The notes: generated from the letters alone by a model not told the origin. 48,698 nt of DNA from Arcobacteraceae bacterium (GCA_029938215.1 JAOZVJ010000002.1:1-48698); one strand, 5' to 3'. Shown: positions 25,556-37,514, counted from the stretch's first letter. A program made the numbers and translations.

Positions 25556-26638
25556 TTATAGTCCCAAAGCCCATTCGTAAAAAGGTAGAGCTTCACATTC
25601 AATATTGCCAATAAATATATTTTTTGTTGTACTTATTGTTATAATCGTTATATTATTAATATTCATTTCTTCCAATACTGGTAATATTTTAGTTGATAAT
25701 GATATATAGTCATTAAAAAAAGGTATAGTTAGTATAATGCTATTTTCTTCTTTGATATAAAAATCAATATTATCAAGATAATAAATATCATCGTATATTT
25801 TATTTAATTCAAGAAATACCATATTTGAAAATAAATTATTAAATTTTTTGTCCAAAGTAACTGCATCTATTAAAGCATGATTGTAACAAAATATTTTTTT
25901 AGGTGCTTTTGGTTGTTTGTATTTTTGACAAAAATATATTACTGAATTATTTTCAAAATTTTTACAAGTTTCATAAAAAATATCTTTTGAAACTTTATGA
26001 ATTTTTTTTAAAGTATTGAAAAGTTGAAAAACAGATTTTAATTCTCCACTTGATTTAATTAAAAGTTTTAATATTTCAAATTGTATTTGATTATTTGCAA
26101 TAAGTTTTAAAATTTCTTGATTTCGTGAAAGTTGTTTTGTCTCATTAAATTGTACGATTTCAGGAAAACTACCATATTTCAAAAAACTATTAAAACTATT
26201 AGTTGTATTTTGATGTCTATTATCAAATAAAATATATTCTTCAAAATCTAAAGTATTTATATGTAAAGTTGTAAAATGCTCATAGTGTAAAATATTTGAT
26301 GATGATAAAATTATGCTTTTTAAATTCTTTAAATTTTTAAAAATATTCGGTGAAATTTTTTTAATATTGTCTATGGCTAGTATTTCGATATTTTTATTTT
26401 CTAATAAAAATCTATCTAAATTATAAAATATAGTATTTCCATCTATTCTTATATCGTTTAAATCTATATATAAATATTGTTCATTTTTATATTGGTTTAA
26501 ATAATCATATATTAAATAACTTTTTCCACTTTTTGGTGCCCCGCAAATTATAGTATATGGATAGGTTATTTGCACTTTTCTCTGTAGTGGGAAAACTTTT
26601 TCAAAATTTATTTCATATAATTTTTTTAATATTGTCAT
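25556..26638 (-). CDS. P-loop ATPase (AAA-like), conserved hypothetical
   Basis: 360 aa. Walker A CGAPKSGKS and a Walker B-like ILAIDNI. Confidence 0.7.
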   Translation of the reverse strand: MTILKKLYEINFEKVFPLQRKVQITYPYTIICGAPKSGKSYLIYDYLNQYKNEQYLYIDLNDIRIDGNTIFYNLDRFLLENKNIEILAIDNIKKISPNIFKNLKNLKSIILSSSNILHYEHFTTLHINTLDFEEYILFDNRHQNTTNSFNSFLKYGSFPEIVQFNETKQLSRNQEILKLIANNQIQFEILKLLIKSSGELKSVFQLFNTLKKIHKVSKDIFYETCKNFENNSVIYFCQKYKQPKAPKKIFCYNHALIDAVTLDKKFNNLFSNMVFLELNKIYDDIYYLDNIDFYIKEENSIILTIPFFNDYISLSTKILPVLEEMNINNITIITISTTKNIFIGNIECEALPFYEWALGL

Positions 26639-26709
26639 ATAAAATTATACACTATTCCTTTTTAAAAGGAAATAAAATCATAAAATAATGATAAATTTAT
26701 ATCATATCA

Positions 26710-26738
26710 TTGACATTTTAGTATAGTTTAGATATAAT
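26710..26738 (+). promoter_or_regulatory. Consensus sigma70-type promoter of the S10 ribosomal protein operon
   Basis: TTGACA (26710-26715), 17 nt spacer, TATAAT (26733-26738). The downstream leader contains an 8-bp hairpin GTTTATTA/TAATAAAC (26766-26784). Confidence 0.65.
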
Positions 26739-26816
26739 CCGCGTCCATACATTAGTTAGAGTTGCGTTTATTAAGATAATAAACAATGGGGCTAACGAGT
26801 TCTTTAAAGGAAAAAA

Positions 26817-27131
26817 ATGGAAAAGATTAGATTAAAATTAAAAGCGTACGATCATAGAGTATTAGATCGTTCTGTTGCTTCTATTACAGAAGCTGTTAAA
26901 AGAACAGGTGCTGAACTTATTGGGCCAATACCATTGCCTACTAAGATTAGAAGATACACAGTTCTTAAATCACCACATGTTAACAAAGATGCAAGAGAGC
27001 AATTTGAGATTAGAATTCATTCAAGAATTATTGATATCGTGTCAAGTACACCAGATACAGTTGATTCTTTAATGAAACTTGATCTTGCACCTGAAGTTGA
27101 TGTTGAAGTAAGATCAATGGGTCAAGAGTAG
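26817..27131 (+). CDS. rpsJ: 30S ribosomal protein S10
   Basis: 104 aa, [17 protein letters not shown]... First gene of the canonical S10 operon order. Confidence 0.97.
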   Translation: MEKIRLKLKAYDHRVLDRSVASITEAVKRTGAELIGPIPLPTKIRRYTVLKSPHVNKDAREQFEIRIHSRIIDIVSSTPDTVDSLMKLDLAPEVDVEVRSMGQE

Positions 27132-27140
27132 GAGGGGAAG

Positions 27141-27716
27141 ATGGAATTTATAGTAGAAAAAATCGGTATGAGTAGAACTATTGCAGTACCAGCTATTCCT
27201 GTTACGCTTGTAAAAGTTCTTGATACAAAAGTATGTGAAGTAGCAGAAGATGGTACAGCAATTATATCTTATGCATCAGGCAAGAAATTCAATAAAACTA
27301 TTGAAGGTAAGCAAAAGAAATATAACTTAAGTAAAGAATTTAATAGATTTGCAACAGTTAAGGCAACTAATACAGAGGCTGGAGATTTAGATGTATCAGC
27401 TTTAGTAGAAGGTGTTACAATTAAATCAACTTTTAAAACAAAAGGTAGAGGTTTTGCTGGTGTTGTAAAAAGATGGAATTTTGCAGGTGGTCGTGCATCA
27501 CATGGTCATAGAATGGGTAGAAGAACTGGTTCAATTGGTAATGCTGAGTGGCCAGGTCGTGTAATGAGAGGTAAAAAAATGCCAGGTCATTATGGTTGTG
27601 CAACAACAACACACAAAAATGATATTGTTTCATTTGATGCAAGTACTGGAATTTTAGTATTAAAAGGTTCAGTTGCTGGTGCAAATGGTACACTTGGTAG
27701 AGTAAGGATAGCATAA
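27141..27716 (+). CDS. rplC: 50S ribosomal protein L3
   Basis: 191 aa, [22 protein letters not shown]. Confidence 0.97.
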   Translation: MEFIVEKIGMSRTIAVPAIPVTLVKVLDTKVCEVAEDGTAIISYASGKKFNKTIEGKQKKYNLSKEFNRFATVKATNTEAGDLDVSALVEGVTIKSTFKTKGRGFAGVVKRWNFAGGRASHGHRMGRRTGSIGNAEWPGRVMRGKKMPGHYGCATTTHKNDIVSFDASTGILVLKGSVAGANGTLGRVRIA

Positions 27717-28321
27717 TGAGTAACGCAGTAGTATTAACAAAAACTTTTGCAAAAAGTAAAACAAGTTATGAATTACCTCAAAAATTTGAAGAGATTAATT
27801 CACATAATTTATATTTATATGTAAAATCTTATCTTTCATCAATAAGAGCTAATACAGCACGAGTTAAAAATAGATCGGCTGTAAGCGGTGGTGGTAAAAA
27901 GCCAAAAGCTCAAAAAGGTAGTGGTGGAGCTAGATGGGGAACACTAAGATCTCCTTTATTTGTTGGTGGTGGACAAGTTTTTGGACCAACAAAAAGAAAT
28001 TACAATCAAAAAATAAATAAAAAACAAAAAGTTTTAGCTTTACAGTTCGCATTAAATGCACAAGCTAAAAATGGAACTTTATTTGTTGCTGATTCAGTAA
28101 AAGTTGAATCTGGTAAAACAAAAGACGCGGTTGCGATTTTTAATAAAATAGGGCAAAGAGATACTTTAATAGTAGTTGATTCGTTTGACGAACAAACTTA
28201 CCTTGCTTTTAGAAATGTTAAAGATTGCTATATGATTGAAAAATCTGAAATCAATGCTTATGTAATAGCTGCTTATAGATCGATTTTAATCGAAAAAGCA
28301 GTAATTGACAGCTTAGTTTAG
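27716..28321 (+). CDS. rplD: 50S ribosomal protein L4
   Basis: 201 aa, [34 protein letters not shown] overlap with rplC. Confidence 0.96.
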   Translation: MSNAVVLTKTFAKSKTSYELPQKFEEINSHNLYLYVKSYLSSIRANTARVKNRSAVSGGGKKPKAQKGSGGARWGTLRSPLFVGGGQVFGPTKRNYNQKINKKQKVLALQFALNAQAKNGTLFVADSVKVESGKTKDAVAIFNKIGQRDTLIVVDSFDEQTYLAFRNVKDCYMIEKSEINAYVIAAYRSILIEKAVIDSLV

Positions 28322-28334
28322 AAGAGGACTTAAA

Positions 28335-28616
28335 ATGGCAGATATTACTGATATTAAATCAATCATCTATACAGAGAAGACAATAGAGCTTCAAGAAAGT
28401 GGTGTTATTGTAGTACAAACAAGTCCTAGAATGACTAAAAATAGTTTAAAAGAAGTTTTTAGAGAGTACTTTGGTGTTACTCCTAAAAAAGTTAATTCTT
28501 TAAGACAAGAAGGTAAAGTGAAAAGATTTAAAGGTGTAGAGGGAAGAAGACCTGACCTTAAAAAATTCTATGTTACATTACCAGAGGGCGCTGAAATAGC
28601 GAACCTTTCGGCGTAA
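28335..28616 (+). CDS. rplW: 50S ribosomal protein L23
   Basis: 93 aa. Position between L4 and L2, and an L23-like sequence. Confidence 0.95.
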   Translation: MADITDIKSIIYTEKTIELQESGVIVVQTSPRMTKNSLKEVFREYFGVTPKKVNSLRQEGKVKRFKGVEGRRPDLKKFYVTLPEGAEIANLSA

Positions 28617-28627
28617 GGGAGTAAGAT

Positions 28628-29455
28628 ATGGCAATTAAAAAATTTAGACCAATAACTCCTGCAAGAAGATTTATGACTACAATGGATACATCTGATATTA
28701 CTTCTAAGCCAACAGTAAGAGGACTTTTAGTTAATGTAAAGTCAACTGCTGGTAGAAATAATAATGGTAGAATTACATCTAGACATAAACAAGCAGGTGC
28801 TAAAAAATTATATAGAATTATTGATTTTAAAAGAAATAAGTTTGATGTTTCTGGGACTGTATCTACTATAGAATACGATCCATATAGAAACTGTAGAATT
28901 TGTTTGATTACTTATGCTGATGGTGATAAAAGATATATTATTCAACCAAGTGGATTAAAAGTTGGAGATACAGTACAAGCTGCTGAGGATGGACTTGATA
29001 TTTTACCTGGTAATGCAATGAGACTTTCTAATATTCCCGTAGGTACTATGGTACATAATATTGAGATGAAACCTGGAAAAGGCGGTCAAATCGCTAGAAG
29101 TGCAGGTGGTTATGCTCAAGTTATGGGTAGAGAAGATAAGTATGTAATCATGAGACTTCCAAGTGGAGAAATGAGAAAAATACTTGGTGTTTGTATTGCA
29201 ACAGTTGGTATTGTTGGAAATGAAGATTTCTCTAATATGGTTGTTGGTAAAGCTGGTCGTCAAAGACATTTAGGTATTAGACCACAAACTAGAGGATCTG
29301 CAATGAACCCAATTGATCACCCGCATGGTGGTGGTGAAGGTAAGACTAACTCGGGAAGACATCCAGTTACTCCTTGGGGTATGCCAACTAAAGGTTATAA
29401 AACTAGAAAGAAAAAAGCTAGTGATAAACTAATCATTTCAAGAAGAAAGAAGTAA
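28628..29455 (+). CDS. rplB: 50S ribosomal protein L2
   Basis: 275 aa, [15 protein letters not shown]. Confidence 0.97.
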   Translation: MAIKKFRPITPARRFMTTMDTSDITSKPTVRGLLVNVKSTAGRNNNGRITSRHKQAGAKKLYRIIDFKRNKFDVSGTVSTIEYDPYRNCRICLITYADGDKRYIIQPSGLKVGDTVQAAEDGLDILPGNAMRLSNIPVGTMVHNIEMKPGKGGQIARSAGGYAQVMGREDKYVIMRLPSGEMRKILGVCIATVGIVGNEDFSNMVVGKAGRQRHLGIRPQTRGSAMNPIDHPHGGGEGKTNSGRHPVTPWGMPTKGYKTRKKKASDKLIISRRKK

Positions 29456-29464
29456 GGGTTAAAC

Positions 29465-29743
29465 ATGGCTAGAAGTATAAAAAAAGGTCCATTTGTTGAT
29501 GCTCACTTAGCGAAAAAAGTAGCTAAGGCTGTTGAGTCTGGTGATAAAAAACCAATCAAAACTTGGTCTAGAAGAAGTATGGTTTTACCTGATATGATAG
29601 GTTTAACTTTTAATGTACACAATGGAAGAAATTTTGTTCCAGTTATGATTACAGAAAATCATATTGGATATAAATTAGGTGAATTTGTTCCTACTAGAAC
29701 TTTCAGAGGACATAAAGGTTCTGTGCAAAGAAAGGTTGGATAA
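29465..29743 (+). CDS. rpsS: 30S ribosomal protein S19
   Basis: 92 aa, [12 protein letters not shown]...HNGRNFVPV. Confidence 0.97.
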   Translation: MARSIKKGPFVDAHLAKKVAKAVESGDKKPIKTWSRRSMVLPDMIGLTFNVHNGRNFVPVMITENHIGYKLGEFVPTRTFRGHKGSVQRKVG

Positions 29744-30072
29744 TGGGTAAGGCAGTATTAAAATTTGTTAGACTTGCTCCATTAAAAGCAAGATTAATAG
29801 CAAGAGAAGTGCAAGGTATGAATGCGGAAGTTGCAATTGCATCTTTAGAATTTACACCAAACAAAGCGGCTGGAATTATTGCTAAAGTAATTACATCAGC
29901 TGTTGCAAATTCAGGTTTAGAGCCAGAAGGTGCAGTTGTTACAAGTTGTAGAGTTGATCGTGGACCTGTTCTTAAAAGATTTACTCCAAGAGCTAGAGGT
30001 AGTGCTTCACCAAAGCATAGACCAATGGCACATATTATGGTTGAAGTAAATGCTATAGAAGGAGACAAGTAA
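29743..30072 (+). CDS. rplV: 50S ribosomal protein L22
   Basis: 109 aa, operon position, L22-like sequence. Confidence 0.95.
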   Translation: MGKAVLKFVRLAPLKARLIAREVQGMNAEVAIASLEFTPNKAAGIIAKVITSAVANSGLEPEGAVVTSCRVDRGPVLKRFTPRARGSASPKHRPMAHIMVEVNAIEGDK

Positions 30073-30767
30073 TGGGTCAAAAAGTAAATCCAATTGGACT
30101 AAGACTTGGTATCAATAGAAATTGGGAATCAAGATGGTTTCCAAGTTTTTCTAAAATGCCAGCTAATGTTGCTGAAGATGATAAAATAAGAAAGTTTGTA
30201 AAAAAAGAACTTTATTATGCTGGAGTTGCACAAACAATCATAGAAAGAACTGCTAAAAAAGTTAGAGTTACTGTTGTTGCTGCAAGACCTGGTATCATTA
30301 TCGGTAAAAAAGGTGCAGATGTTGAAAAATTAAAAACTAATCTTAAAAATTTAGTTGGAAAAGAAATAGCTGTAAATATTAAAGAAGAAAGAAAACCATT
30401 TATATCTGCTCAATTAGCCGCTGAAAATGTTGCTCAACAATTAGAAAGAAGAGTTGCATTTAGAAGAGCTATGAAAAGAGTTATGCAAAATGCTATCAAA
30501 GGTGGAGCAAAAGGTATTAAGGTATCTGTTTCAGGAAGACTTGGTGGTGCTGAAATGGCTAGAACTGAATGGTATTTAGAGGGAAGAGTTCCTTTACATA
30601 CTTTAAGAGCTAGAATTGATTATGGTTTCGCAGAAGGTCATACAACTTACGGTTGTATTGGTATTAAAGTTTGGATTTTCAAAGGTGAAGTACTTGCAAA
30701 AGGTATTCCAGTTGAAAAAACAGATGATGATAAGAAAAAAAGACCATCAAAACGAAGAGGTAAATAA
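30072..30767 (+). CDS. rpsC: 30S ribosomal protein S3
   Basis: 231 aa, [23 protein letters not shown]. Confidence 0.97.
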   Translation: MGQKVNPIGLRLGINRNWESRWFPSFSKMPANVAEDDKIRKFVKKELYYAGVAQTIIERTAKKVRVTVVAARPGIIIGKKGADVEKLKTNLKNLVGKEIAVNIKEERKPFISAQLAAENVAQQLERRVAFRRAMKRVMQNAIKGGAKGIKVSVSGRLGGAEMARTEWYLEGRVPLHTLRARIDYGFAEGHTTYGCIGIKVWIFKGEVLAKGIPVEKTDDDKKKRPSKRRGK

Positions 30768-30769
30768 TT

Positions 30770-31195
30770 ATGTTAATGCCTAAGAGAACTAAATATAGAA
30801 AAGTAATGAAAGGGCGAAACAGAGGTAAATCTGGTAGAGCAAATTCATTAGCTTATGGAAACATTGGTATCAAAGCTGTTGAACATGGAAGAATTGATTC
30901 TAGACAAATTGAAGCTTCTAGGATAGCAATGACAAGAAAAATTAATAGACAAGGTAAGGTTTGGATTATGGTATTTCCTGCTAAACCACTTACCGCTAAA
31001 CCATTAGAAACAAGAATGGGTAAAGGTAAAGGTTCTGTTGAGAAATGGGTTATGAACATTAAGCCAGGAAGAATTTGTTTTGAAATGGGTGGTGTTGATG
31101 AAGATGTTGCAAGAGAAGCTTTAACGCTAGCAATGCATAAACTTCCATTTAAAACAAAGATTGTAACTAGAGAGAGTGAAAATGAAATATACTGA
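30770..31195 (+). CDS. rplP: 50S ribosomal protein L16
   Basis: 141 aa, [11 protein letters not shown]... Confidence 0.97.
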   Translation: MLMPKRTKYRKVMKGRNRGKSGRANSLAYGNIGIKAVEHGRIDSRQIEASRIAMTRKINRQGKVWIMVFPAKPLTAKPLETRMGKGKGSVEKWVMNIKPGRICFEMGGVDEDVAREALTLAMHKLPFKTKIVTRESENEIY

Positions 31196-31373
31196 TATTA
31201 GTACAAAAAGCTCACAAGAGTTAAAAGATATGTTAAAAGAAAAAAAAGTGCTACTTTTTGAGCTTAAAACTAAGCTTAAAACAATGCAACTAACTAACAC
31301 TACTGAATTAAGAGTTGTCAAAAAAGATATCGCTAAAATTCAAACTGCTATTACAGCAGCAAGTGCGAAGTAA
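31182..31373 (+). CDS. rpmC: 50S ribosomal protein L29
   Basis: 63 aa from ATG 31182 (GTG 31176 is possible). Overlaps the rplP stop. Helical K/E-rich L29 sequence. Confidence 0.9.
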   Translation: MKYTDISTKSSQELKDMLKEKKVLLFELKTKLKTMQLTNTTELRVVKKDIAKIQTAITAASAK

Positions 31374-31383
31374 GGATTACAGT

Positions 31384-31638
31384 ATGAATACACACAAAAG
31401 AGAAATCCAAGGTGTTGTGGTTAAAAAATCTGGGGATAAAACAGTTTCTGTTTTAGTTGAAAGAAGAGTTATTCACCCAAGATACCACAAAACTGTAAAA
31501 AGATTTAAAAAGTATTTAATTCATGATGAAAAAAATGAAGTAAATGAAGGTGATACAGTCGTAGCTATTGAGTGCAGACCATTATCTAAGACTAAATCAT
31601 TTAGATTAAAGTCTATAGTTTCTACAGGAGTTAAGTAA
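31384..31638 (+). CDS. rpsQ: 30S ribosomal protein S17
   Basis: 84 aa from the internal ATG 31384, [28 protein letters not shown]. The longer ORF from 31315 overlaps rpmC. Confidence 0.93.
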   Translation: MNTHKREIQGVVVKKSGDKTVSVLVERRVIHPRYHKTVKRFKKYLIHDEKNEVNEGDTVVAIECRPLSKTKSFRLKSIVSTGVK

Positions 31639-32009
31639 TGATTCAAGGATTTACAAGACTAAAAGTAGCAGATAATAGTGGCGCTAAAGAGATTATGTGT
31701 ATTAAAGTTTTAGGCGGGTCTAAACGAAGATATGCATCAGTTGGTGATGTTATTGTTGCTTCTATTAAAAAAGCTATTCCACATGGTGGAAAAGTTAAAA
31801 AAGGTCAAGTAGTTAAAGCTGTTGTTGTTAGAACTCATAAAGAGGTTCAAAGAGAAAATGGATCTTTAATTAGATTTGATGACAATGCAGCTGTTATACT
31901 TGATGCTAAAAAAGAACCAATTGGAACAAGAATTTTTGGACCAGTTGCAAGAGAAGTAAGATATAGCGGTTTTATGAAAATCGTTTCACTTGCTCCGGAG
32001 GTAATATAA
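31638..32009 (+). CDS. rplN: 50S ribosomal protein L14
   Basis: 123 aa, [17 protein letters not shown]. Confidence 0.97.
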   Translation: MIQGFTRLKVADNSGAKEIMCIKVLGGSKRRYASVGDVIVASIKKAIPHGGKVKKGQVVKAVVVRTHKEVQRENGSLIRFDDNAAVILDAKKEPIGTRIFGPVAREVRYSGFMKIVSLAPEVI

Positions 32010-32248
32010 TGGCAACTAAATTAAAAATTAAAACAGGTGATACTGTAAAAATTTTGAGTGGTGATGATAAAGGTAAAACTGGAGAAGTTTTAGCTGTATT
32101 ACCTAAAGCTGGTAAAGTTATTGTTAAAGATTGTAAAGTAGCTAAAAAAACAATTAAACCTGATCAAGAAAAAAACCCAGATGGTGGTTTTGTAAACAAA
32201 GAGATGCCTATTGATATCTCTAATGTAACAAAAGTAGAAGGTGAATAA
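32009..32248 (+). CDS. rplX: 50S ribosomal protein L24
   Basis: 79 aa, KOW motif [22 protein letters not shown]. Confidence 0.95.
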   Translation: MATKLKIKTGDTVKILSGDDKGKTGEVLAVLPKAGKVIVKDCKVAKKTIKPDQEKNPDGGFVNKEMPIDISNVTKVEGE

Positions 32249-32249
32249 A

Positions 32250-32798
32250 ATGGCAGCTAGATTATTTGAAAGATATAAAAGTGAAATTAAACCAGTTTTA
32301 GAAACTGAATTTTCACAAAATAAAATGCTAACACCTGCTTTAGAAAAAGTAACTATTAGTGTTGGTGCTGGTGAAGCAATGAAAGATAGTAAATTAATGC
32401 AAAATATGTGTGATACTATTTCATTAATTGCTGGTCAAAAAGCTATTACAGTAATGTCTAAAAAGAGTGTTGCTGGATTTAAAGTAAGAGAAAATACACC
32501 AGTTGGAATAAAAGTTACTTTAAGAGGCGAACAAATGTACACATTTGTTGATAAGCTTTGTTCTATTGCTCTTCCAAGAGTTAAGGATTTTAGAGGACTT
32601 AATAAAAATGGTTTTGATGGATATGGTAATTTTAACTTTGGTTTGGATGAACAATTAATGTTCCCAGAAGTTGAATTTGATAATATTATTAAAACTCACG
32701 GTATGAATATTTCTATTGCTACAACTACAACTAGTGATGAGCAATCATTCAGATTATTAGAACTAATTGGAGTTCCGTTTACTAGAGGGAGATCATAA
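32250..32798 (+). CDS. rplE: 50S ribosomal protein L5
   Basis: 182 aa from ATG 32250 ([10 protein letters not shown]...). The track ORF from 32241 overlaps the rplX stop. Confidence 0.95.
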   Translation: MAARLFERYKSEIKPVLETEFSQNKMLTPALEKVTISVGAGEAMKDSKLMQNMCDTISLIAGQKAITVMSKKSVAGFKVRENTPVGIKVTLRGEQMYTFVDKLCSIALPRVKDFRGLNKNGFDGYGNFNFGLDEQLMFPEVEFDNIIKTHGMNISIATTTTSDEQSFRLLELIGVPFTRGRS

Positions 32799-32983
32799 TG
32801 GCAAAAAAATCTATGATTGCAAAAGCTGCAAGAACACCTAAGTTTTCAAGCAGAGCTTATACAAGATGTTCGATTTGTGGAAGACCAAAATCTGTATATA
32901 AAGATTTTGGTGTGTGTAGAATATGTTTAAGAAAAATGGCTAATGAAGGTTTAATACCTGGCATTAGAAAAGCTAGTTGGTAG
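32798..32983 (+). CDS. rpsN: 30S ribosomal protein S14, short zinc-binding (type Z) form
   Basis: 61 aa with CSICGRP...CRIC (CxxC-N12-CxxC). Confidence 0.95.
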   Translation: MAKKSMIAKAARTPKFSSRAYTRCSICGRPKSVYKDFGVCRICLRKMANEGLIPGIRKASW

Positions 32984-32995
32984 AAGGAGAAGCCC

Positions 32996-33394
32996 ATGAT
33001 GAATGATTTAATCGCAGACGCTTTGACTAGAATTAGAAATGCAGCAATGAGAAAACTTGATGTTACAACTTTAATTCATTCAAACACTGTAGAAGGTGTT
33101 GTAAATGTATTACAGCAAAAAGAGTATGTAGATAGCTTTCAAGTAGTAGAAGGTGATCACAATAAAAAAACTATTAAAGTTACATTAAAATATGATGATA
33201 ACGACAATAATGTTATTAATGAACTAAAAAGACTTTCTAAGTCAGGAAGAAGAGTTTATAAAAACGCTTCAGAACTTAAAAGTTTTAAAAATGGATACGG
33301 AACAATCGTAGTTAGTACTAACAAAGGTGTTATAAGCAATGATGAAGCTTATAAACTTAATGTTGGTGGCGAAGTACTTTGTTCTGTTTGGTAG
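32996..33394 (+). CDS. rpsH: 30S ribosomal protein S8
   Basis: 132 aa, [13 protein letters not shown]. Confidence 0.96.
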   Translation: MMNDLIADALTRIRNAAMRKLDVTTLIHSNTVEGVVNVLQQKEYVDSFQVVEGDHNKKTIKVTLKYDDNDNNVINELKRLSKSGRRVYKNASELKSFKNGYGTIVVSTNKGVISNDEAYKLNVGGEVLCSVW

Positions 33395-33403
33395 GAGTGT
33401 TTT

Positions 33404-33937
33404 ATGTCTAGAATTGGAAAAAAACCTGTTACTATTCCAGCAGGAATTGAAGTGTCTGTGAATAACGGTATTGTATCTGTAAAAAAAGCTAATAAAGTAA
33501 TTGATGTAGATACTAATAATAGAGTTGATGTGGAAGTAGCTGATGGAAATGTAATATTTTCTTTGGTTGGCGAAACTGCACAGAATAAAGCTTACTGGGG
33601 AACTTATAGAGCCTTAACTGCTAATGCTATTCTTGGATTAGATAAAGGTTTTGCTAAATCTTTAGAAATCAATGGTGTTGGTTATAGAGCTGCTGTTAGT
33701 GGTAAAGTATTAGAATTGCAATTAGGATATTCTCATCCAATTAATTTTGATATTCCAGAAGGTATAGAGATTACAGTTGATAAAAATATTATTCATGTAA
33801 AAGGAAGCAGTAAACAACAAGTTGGACAAGTTGCTGCAATCATTAGAGGCTACAGAAAACCAGAACCATACAAAGGTAAAGGTGTTAAGTATACTGACGA
33901 GCATATCGTTAGAAAAGCCGGTAAAACAGCTAGTTAA
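33404..33937 (+). CDS. rplF: 50S ribosomal protein L6
   Basis: 177 aa, [17 protein letters not shown]. Confidence 0.96.
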   Translation: MSRIGKKPVTIPAGIEVSVNNGIVSVKKANKVIDVDTNNRVDVEVADGNVIFSLVGETAQNKAYWGTYRALTANAILGLDKGFAKSLEINGVGYRAAVSGKVLELQLGYSHPINFDIPEGIEITVDKNIIHVKGSSKQQVGQVAAIIRGYRKPEPYKGKGVKYTDEHIVRKAGKTAS

Positions 33938-33948
33938 GGTGTATAAAT

Positions 33949-34308
33949 ATGAGTAGAGCAAAAGATTTAGCAAAAAAGAATTCTTTAAGACTTAGAAGAA
34001 AAAGAAGAATTAGAGGTAAAATTAGTGGTTCAGTTGAACTTCCAAGATTGACTGTATTTAAATCAAATAAATATTTTTATGCACAAGTAATTGATGATGT
34101 TGCTGGTAATACTTTGGCTGCGGTTGATAGTAGAGCAATGAAGTTGACTGTAAACAAAGAAAATGTTGTAAAAGTAGCGGCTCAATTTGCCAAAACTTTA
34201 AACGATAAAAAAATTGAAGCAGTTGTTTTAGATAGAAATGGTTACTTGTATCATGGTGTAGTTGCATCTTTCGCAACTTCATTAAGAGACAATGGAATCA
34301 GGTTATAA
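33949..34308 (+). CDS. rplR: 50S ribosomal protein L18
   Basis: 119 aa, PRLTVFKSNKYFYAQVIDD. Confidence 0.95.
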   Translation: MSRAKDLAKKNSLRLRRKRRIRGKISGSVELPRLTVFKSNKYFYAQVIDDVAGNTLAAVDSRAMKLTVNKENVVKVAAQFAKTLNDKKIEAVVLDRNGYLYHGVVASFATSLRDNGIRL

Positions 34309-34317
34309 GGTATAATT

Positions 34318-34758
34318 ATGGCAATAAATAGAGATGATTTCGAAGAAGCTATCGTAAATATCGGTAGAGTTACTAAAGTTGTAAAGGGTGGTCGAAGATT
34401 TAGATTTACAGCTTTAGTTGTTGTTGGTGATAAAAAAGGCACAGTTGGTATGGGTACTGGAAAAGCAAAAGAAGTTCCAGATGCTATCAAAAAAGCTTTA
34501 GATGATGCTTTTAAAAGCCTTGTTAAAGTTAATATCAAAGGTACTACAATCCCGCATGATATTGAGTATAAATATAATGCAAGTAAAATATTGTTAAAAC
34601 CAGCTAGTGAAGGTACAGGGTTAATCGCAGGTGGAGCTGCTAGACCAGTTCTTGAACTTGCAGGTATAACAGATATTATTGCTAAGTCATTAGGCTCAAA
34701 CAATCCTAATAACCTTGTTCAAGCTACTGTTGAAGCATTAGCTAAGATTAAAGGATAG
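34318..34758 (+). CDS. rpsE: 30S ribosomal protein S5
   Basis: 146 aa, [22 protein letters not shown]. Confidence 0.96.
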   Translation: MAINRDDFEEAIVNIGRVTKVVKGGRRFRFTALVVVGDKKGTVGMGTGKAKEVPDAIKKALDDAFKSLVKVNIKGTTIPHDIEYKYNASKILLKPASEGTGLIAGGAARPVLELAGITDIIAKSLGSNNPNNLVQATVEALAKIKG

Positions 34759-34762
34759 AGAT

Positions 34763-35164
34763 ATGTCAATTTTAGAAAAATTACAACCAGCTGATGGTAG
34801 TACTAAAAATGTTAAGAGAGTAGGTCGAGGTCAAGGCTCAGGAATGGGCAAGACTGCAACCAGAGGAAATAAAGGTCAAAAATCAAGATCTGGATATAAA
34901 ATCAAAAGAGGTTTTGAAGGTGGTCAACAGCCAATTCATAGAAGACTTCCAAAAGTTGGTTTTACTTCTAGAGTGATTAAGCCTTATTCTATTAATGTAA
35001 ATAAAGTTAAACAAGTTGCTAATCTTAAAGAGATTACAGTGGAAACAATTAGAGAAGTTTACAAATTAAATAAAGATGTTGAAAGAGTTAAGCTAATTGG
35101 TTCAGATGCTAAAGATTTGGCATCTAAAATCAAAGATGAAAATGTAACTACAACTGGTAAATAG
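34763..35164 (+). CDS. rplO: 50S ribosomal protein L15
   Basis: 133 aa, [26 protein letters not shown]. Confidence 0.95.
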   Translation: MSILEKLQPADGSTKNVKRVGRGQGSGMGKTATRGNKGQKSRSGYKIKRGFEGGQQPIHRRLPKVGFTSRVIKPYSINVNKVKQVANLKEITVETIREVYKLNKDVERVKLIGSDAKDLASKIKDENVTTTGK

Positions 35165-35166
35165 TT

Positions 35167-36429
35167 ATGAATAAAAGCCTATTAAATAAGATTTTAATTA
35201 CATTGGGTTTTATTTTAATTTATAGGGTGCTGGCTTATGTTCCAGTGCCTGGGGTTGATATTAGTGTTGTGAAAGAGTTTTTTGATACAAATTCAAATAA
35301 CGCTTTAGGGCTAGTTAATATGTTTAGTGGTAATGCGGTTGAAAGATTAAGTATTATCTCATTGGGTATTATGCCTTATATTACAGCTTCTATTATTATG
35401 GAACTGCTTGCTGCTACTTTTCCAGCTCTTGGAAAACTTAAAAAAGAGAGAGATGGAATGCCAAAATATATGCAAATCATTAGATATGCTACTATTGGTA
35501 TTACTTTAATTCAAGCAATGGGTGTTTCAATGGGATTAAATTCATTATCGGGAAATAATGGTCAAAGTGCTATTATGATTGATATGGATACTTTTGTAGC
35601 AATTGCTGCTATTTCTATGCTAACAGGAACAATGTTACTTATGTGGATTGGTGAACAAATCACACAAAGAGGTATTGGTAATGGTATATCATTGATTATT
35701 TTTGCTGGTATTGTTTCTGCAATTCCAAGCGCAATCGGTGGTACAATAGATTTAGTAAACAATGGTCAAATGAACTTTTTAACAATAATTGCAATTTTAG
35801 CTGTAATATTAGCTACGGTTGGATCTATTATTTATATAGAATTGGGCGAACGAAGAGTTCCTGTTTCGTACAGTAGAAAAGTAATAATGCAAAATCAAAA
35901 GAAAAAAATAATGAATTATATTCCTATTAAAGTGAATTTAAGTGGAGTTATTCCTGTAATTTTTGCAAGTGCTATTTTGATGTTTCCTGCTACAATTTTA
36001 CAAGGTAGTCAAAATGAAACTTTAATATTTATTTCAGATTTTTTAAATCCTAATAGTTATACATTTAATTTATTTACATTTTTATTCGTTGTATTTTTTG
36101 CTTATTTTTATGCATCAATTACATTTAATGCAAAAGATATTGCGGAGAATTTAAAAAGACAAGGTGGATTTATACCAGGTGTTAGACCTGGAGGAAGTAC
36201 TGCTGGATTTTTAAATGAAACTGCTAGTAGATTAACTTTTTGGGGTTCATTGTATTTAGGTGCAATAGCAACAGTTCCTTGGCTTATTGTTAAGGCTATG
36301 GGCGTGCCGTTTTTCTTTGGAGGAACAGCTGTTTTGATTGTAGTTCAAGTAGCTATTGACACTATGAGAAAGATAGAAGCTCAGCAGTATTCAAATAAGT
36401 ATGAAACTCTTAGTGCAACTGGCTTATAA
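35167..36429 (+). CDS. secY: Preprotein translocase subunit SecY
   Basis: 420 aa, 10-TM pattern, GIMPYITASIIMELL and WIGEQITQRGIGNGISLIIFAGI. Confidence 0.96.
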   Translation: MNKSLLNKILITLGFILIYRVLAYVPVPGVDISVVKEFFDTNSNNALGLVNMFSGNAVERLSIISLGIMPYITASIIMELLAATFPALGKLKKERDGMPKYMQIIRYATIGITLIQAMGVSMGLNSLSGNNGQSAIMIDMDTFVAIAAISMLTGTMLLMWIGEQITQRGIGNGISLIIFAGIVSAIPSAIGGTIDLVNNGQMNFLTIIAILAVILATVGSIIYIELGERRVPVSYSRKVIMQNQKKKIMNYIPIKVNLSGVIPVIFASAILMFPATILQGSQNETLIFISDFLNPNSYTFNLFTFLFVVFFAYFYASITFNAKDIAENLKRQGGFIPGVRPGGSTAGFLNETASRLTFWGSLYLGAIATVPWLIVKAMGVPFFFGGTAVLIVVQVAIDTMRKIEAQQYSNKYETLSATGL

Positions 36430-36436
36430 TTAACTT

Positions 36437-37192
36437 ATGGCTATCCCACTAAGAAAAGCTACAGATATAGAAAAACTTCGCATAGCTGGACAGGCTGTTG
36501 CGAAGACTCTTCATTATTTAAAACAAAATGTAAAATCAGGTATGACATTACTAGAAGTAGATAAAATGGGTGAAGATTTTTTGCAAAATCTAGGCGCTCG
36601 TCCTGCATTCAAAGGACTTTATGGTTTTCCAAATGCAGTTTGTACATCTTTAAATGAAGTAATAATTCATGGAATACCAGATAAAACAGTTTTAAAAGAC
36701 GGAGATATTTTAGGAATTGACATTGGTAGTGAAATAAATGGTTGGTATGGAGATGCTGCTATTACAATACCAATAGGTAAAATATCAAAAGAAGATGAAG
36801 AGCTTATTGCTTGTAGTAAAGATACTTTGGAATATGCAATTGATATTATTAAACAAGGGATGAGATTTAAAGAGTTAAGTTTAGCTATTGAAAATTTCAT
36901 TGTTGGAAAAGGTTTTGTTCCTTTGGTTAAATTTTGTGGTCATGGTATAGGTCGTGAACCGCATTGTGATCCAGAAGTACCAAATTATTTAGACGGTAAA
37001 AATCCCAAGCAAGGTCCAAAAATAAAAAACGGAATGGTTTTTTGTATTGAGCCGATGATATGTCAAAAAAATGAGGAACCTATAGTTGACAAAAAAGATA
37101 AATGGTCTGTAAGAAGTGCAGATGGTTTAAGAACAAGTCACTATGAACATCAAGTTGCTATAGTAAATGGCAAAGCCCAAGTTTTAACATAA
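36437..37192 (+). CDS. map: Type I methionine aminopeptidase
   Basis: 251 aa. Metal ligand context VIHGIP, GDILGIDIG, GHGIGRE, FCIEP and YEHQV. Confidence 0.94.
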   Translation: MAIPLRKATDIEKLRIAGQAVAKTLHYLKQNVKSGMTLLEVDKMGEDFLQNLGARPAFKGLYGFPNAVCTSLNEVIIHGIPDKTVLKDGDILGIDIGSEINGWYGDAAITIPIGKISKEDEELIACSKDTLEYAIDIIKQGMRFKELSLAIENFIVGKGFVPLVKFCGHGIGREPHCDPEVPNYLDGKNPKQGPKIKNGMVFCIEPMICQKNEEPIVDKKDKWSVRSADGLRTSHYEHQVAIVNGKAQVLT

Positions 37193-37219
37193 TTAGACTT
37201 GATAAATTAAGGAAATAAG

Positions 37220-37438
37220 ATGGCCAAAGATGATGTAATTGTTGTAGATGGAAAAGTAATTGAAGTTTTACCAAATGCGACATTTAGAGTTGAGCTTGAT
37301 AATGGACATATAGTTTTATGCCATATATCTGGTAAAATGCGAATGCACTATATTAAAATACTTTTAAGTGATAAAGTTAGAGTTGAGATTACTCCATATT
37401 CTTTGGATAAAGGTAGAATTACTCACCGTTATAAATAA
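37220..37438 (+). CDS. infA: Translation initiation factor IF-1
   Basis: 72 aa, [30 protein letters not shown]... Confidence 0.96.
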   Translation: MAKDDVIVVDGKVIEVLPNATFRVELDNGHIVLCHISGKMRMHYIKILLSDKVRVEITPYSLDKGRITHRYK

Positions 37439-37447
37439 CATATTCAT

Positions 37448-37514
37448 ATCTATGAAGCACTAGCATTTAATCTTCTGGCACAATAAAGATTAAAAAAATT
37501 AATGCTTCATAGAT
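37448..37514 (+). terminator. Long nested hairpin after infA (probable end of the spc/infA transcript)
   Basis: Outer perfect 12-bp stem ATCTATGAAGCA (37448-37459) / TGCTTCATAGAT (37503-37514). Inner 9-bp stem TTTAATCTT (37466-37474) / AAGATTAAA (37487-37495). Confidence 0.5.

Noticed and set aside
25556-26638. Considered the 360-aa P-loop ATPase as a possible defence or mobile-element gene.
   Set aside because: There are no partner nuclease, methylase or integrase genes. From memory, an ATP-binding protein sits in the same rnhB-ATPase-rpsJ neighbourhood in Helicobacter pylori, which suggests a conserved housekeeping gene rather than an accessory system. This needs a synteny check.
29703-30080. 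125-aa minus-strand ORF.
   Set aside because: It lies entirely antisense to rplV, whose identity is unambiguous. Its composition is the mirror of the sense gene, so it is a shadow ORF. The same applies to 34251-34703 (antisense to rpsE), 40978-41409 (antisense to rpsM/rpsK), and 27433-27714, 29003-29269, 30853-31059, 31127-31321, 33722-33973, 34058-34282, 35562-35762 and 36667-36900.
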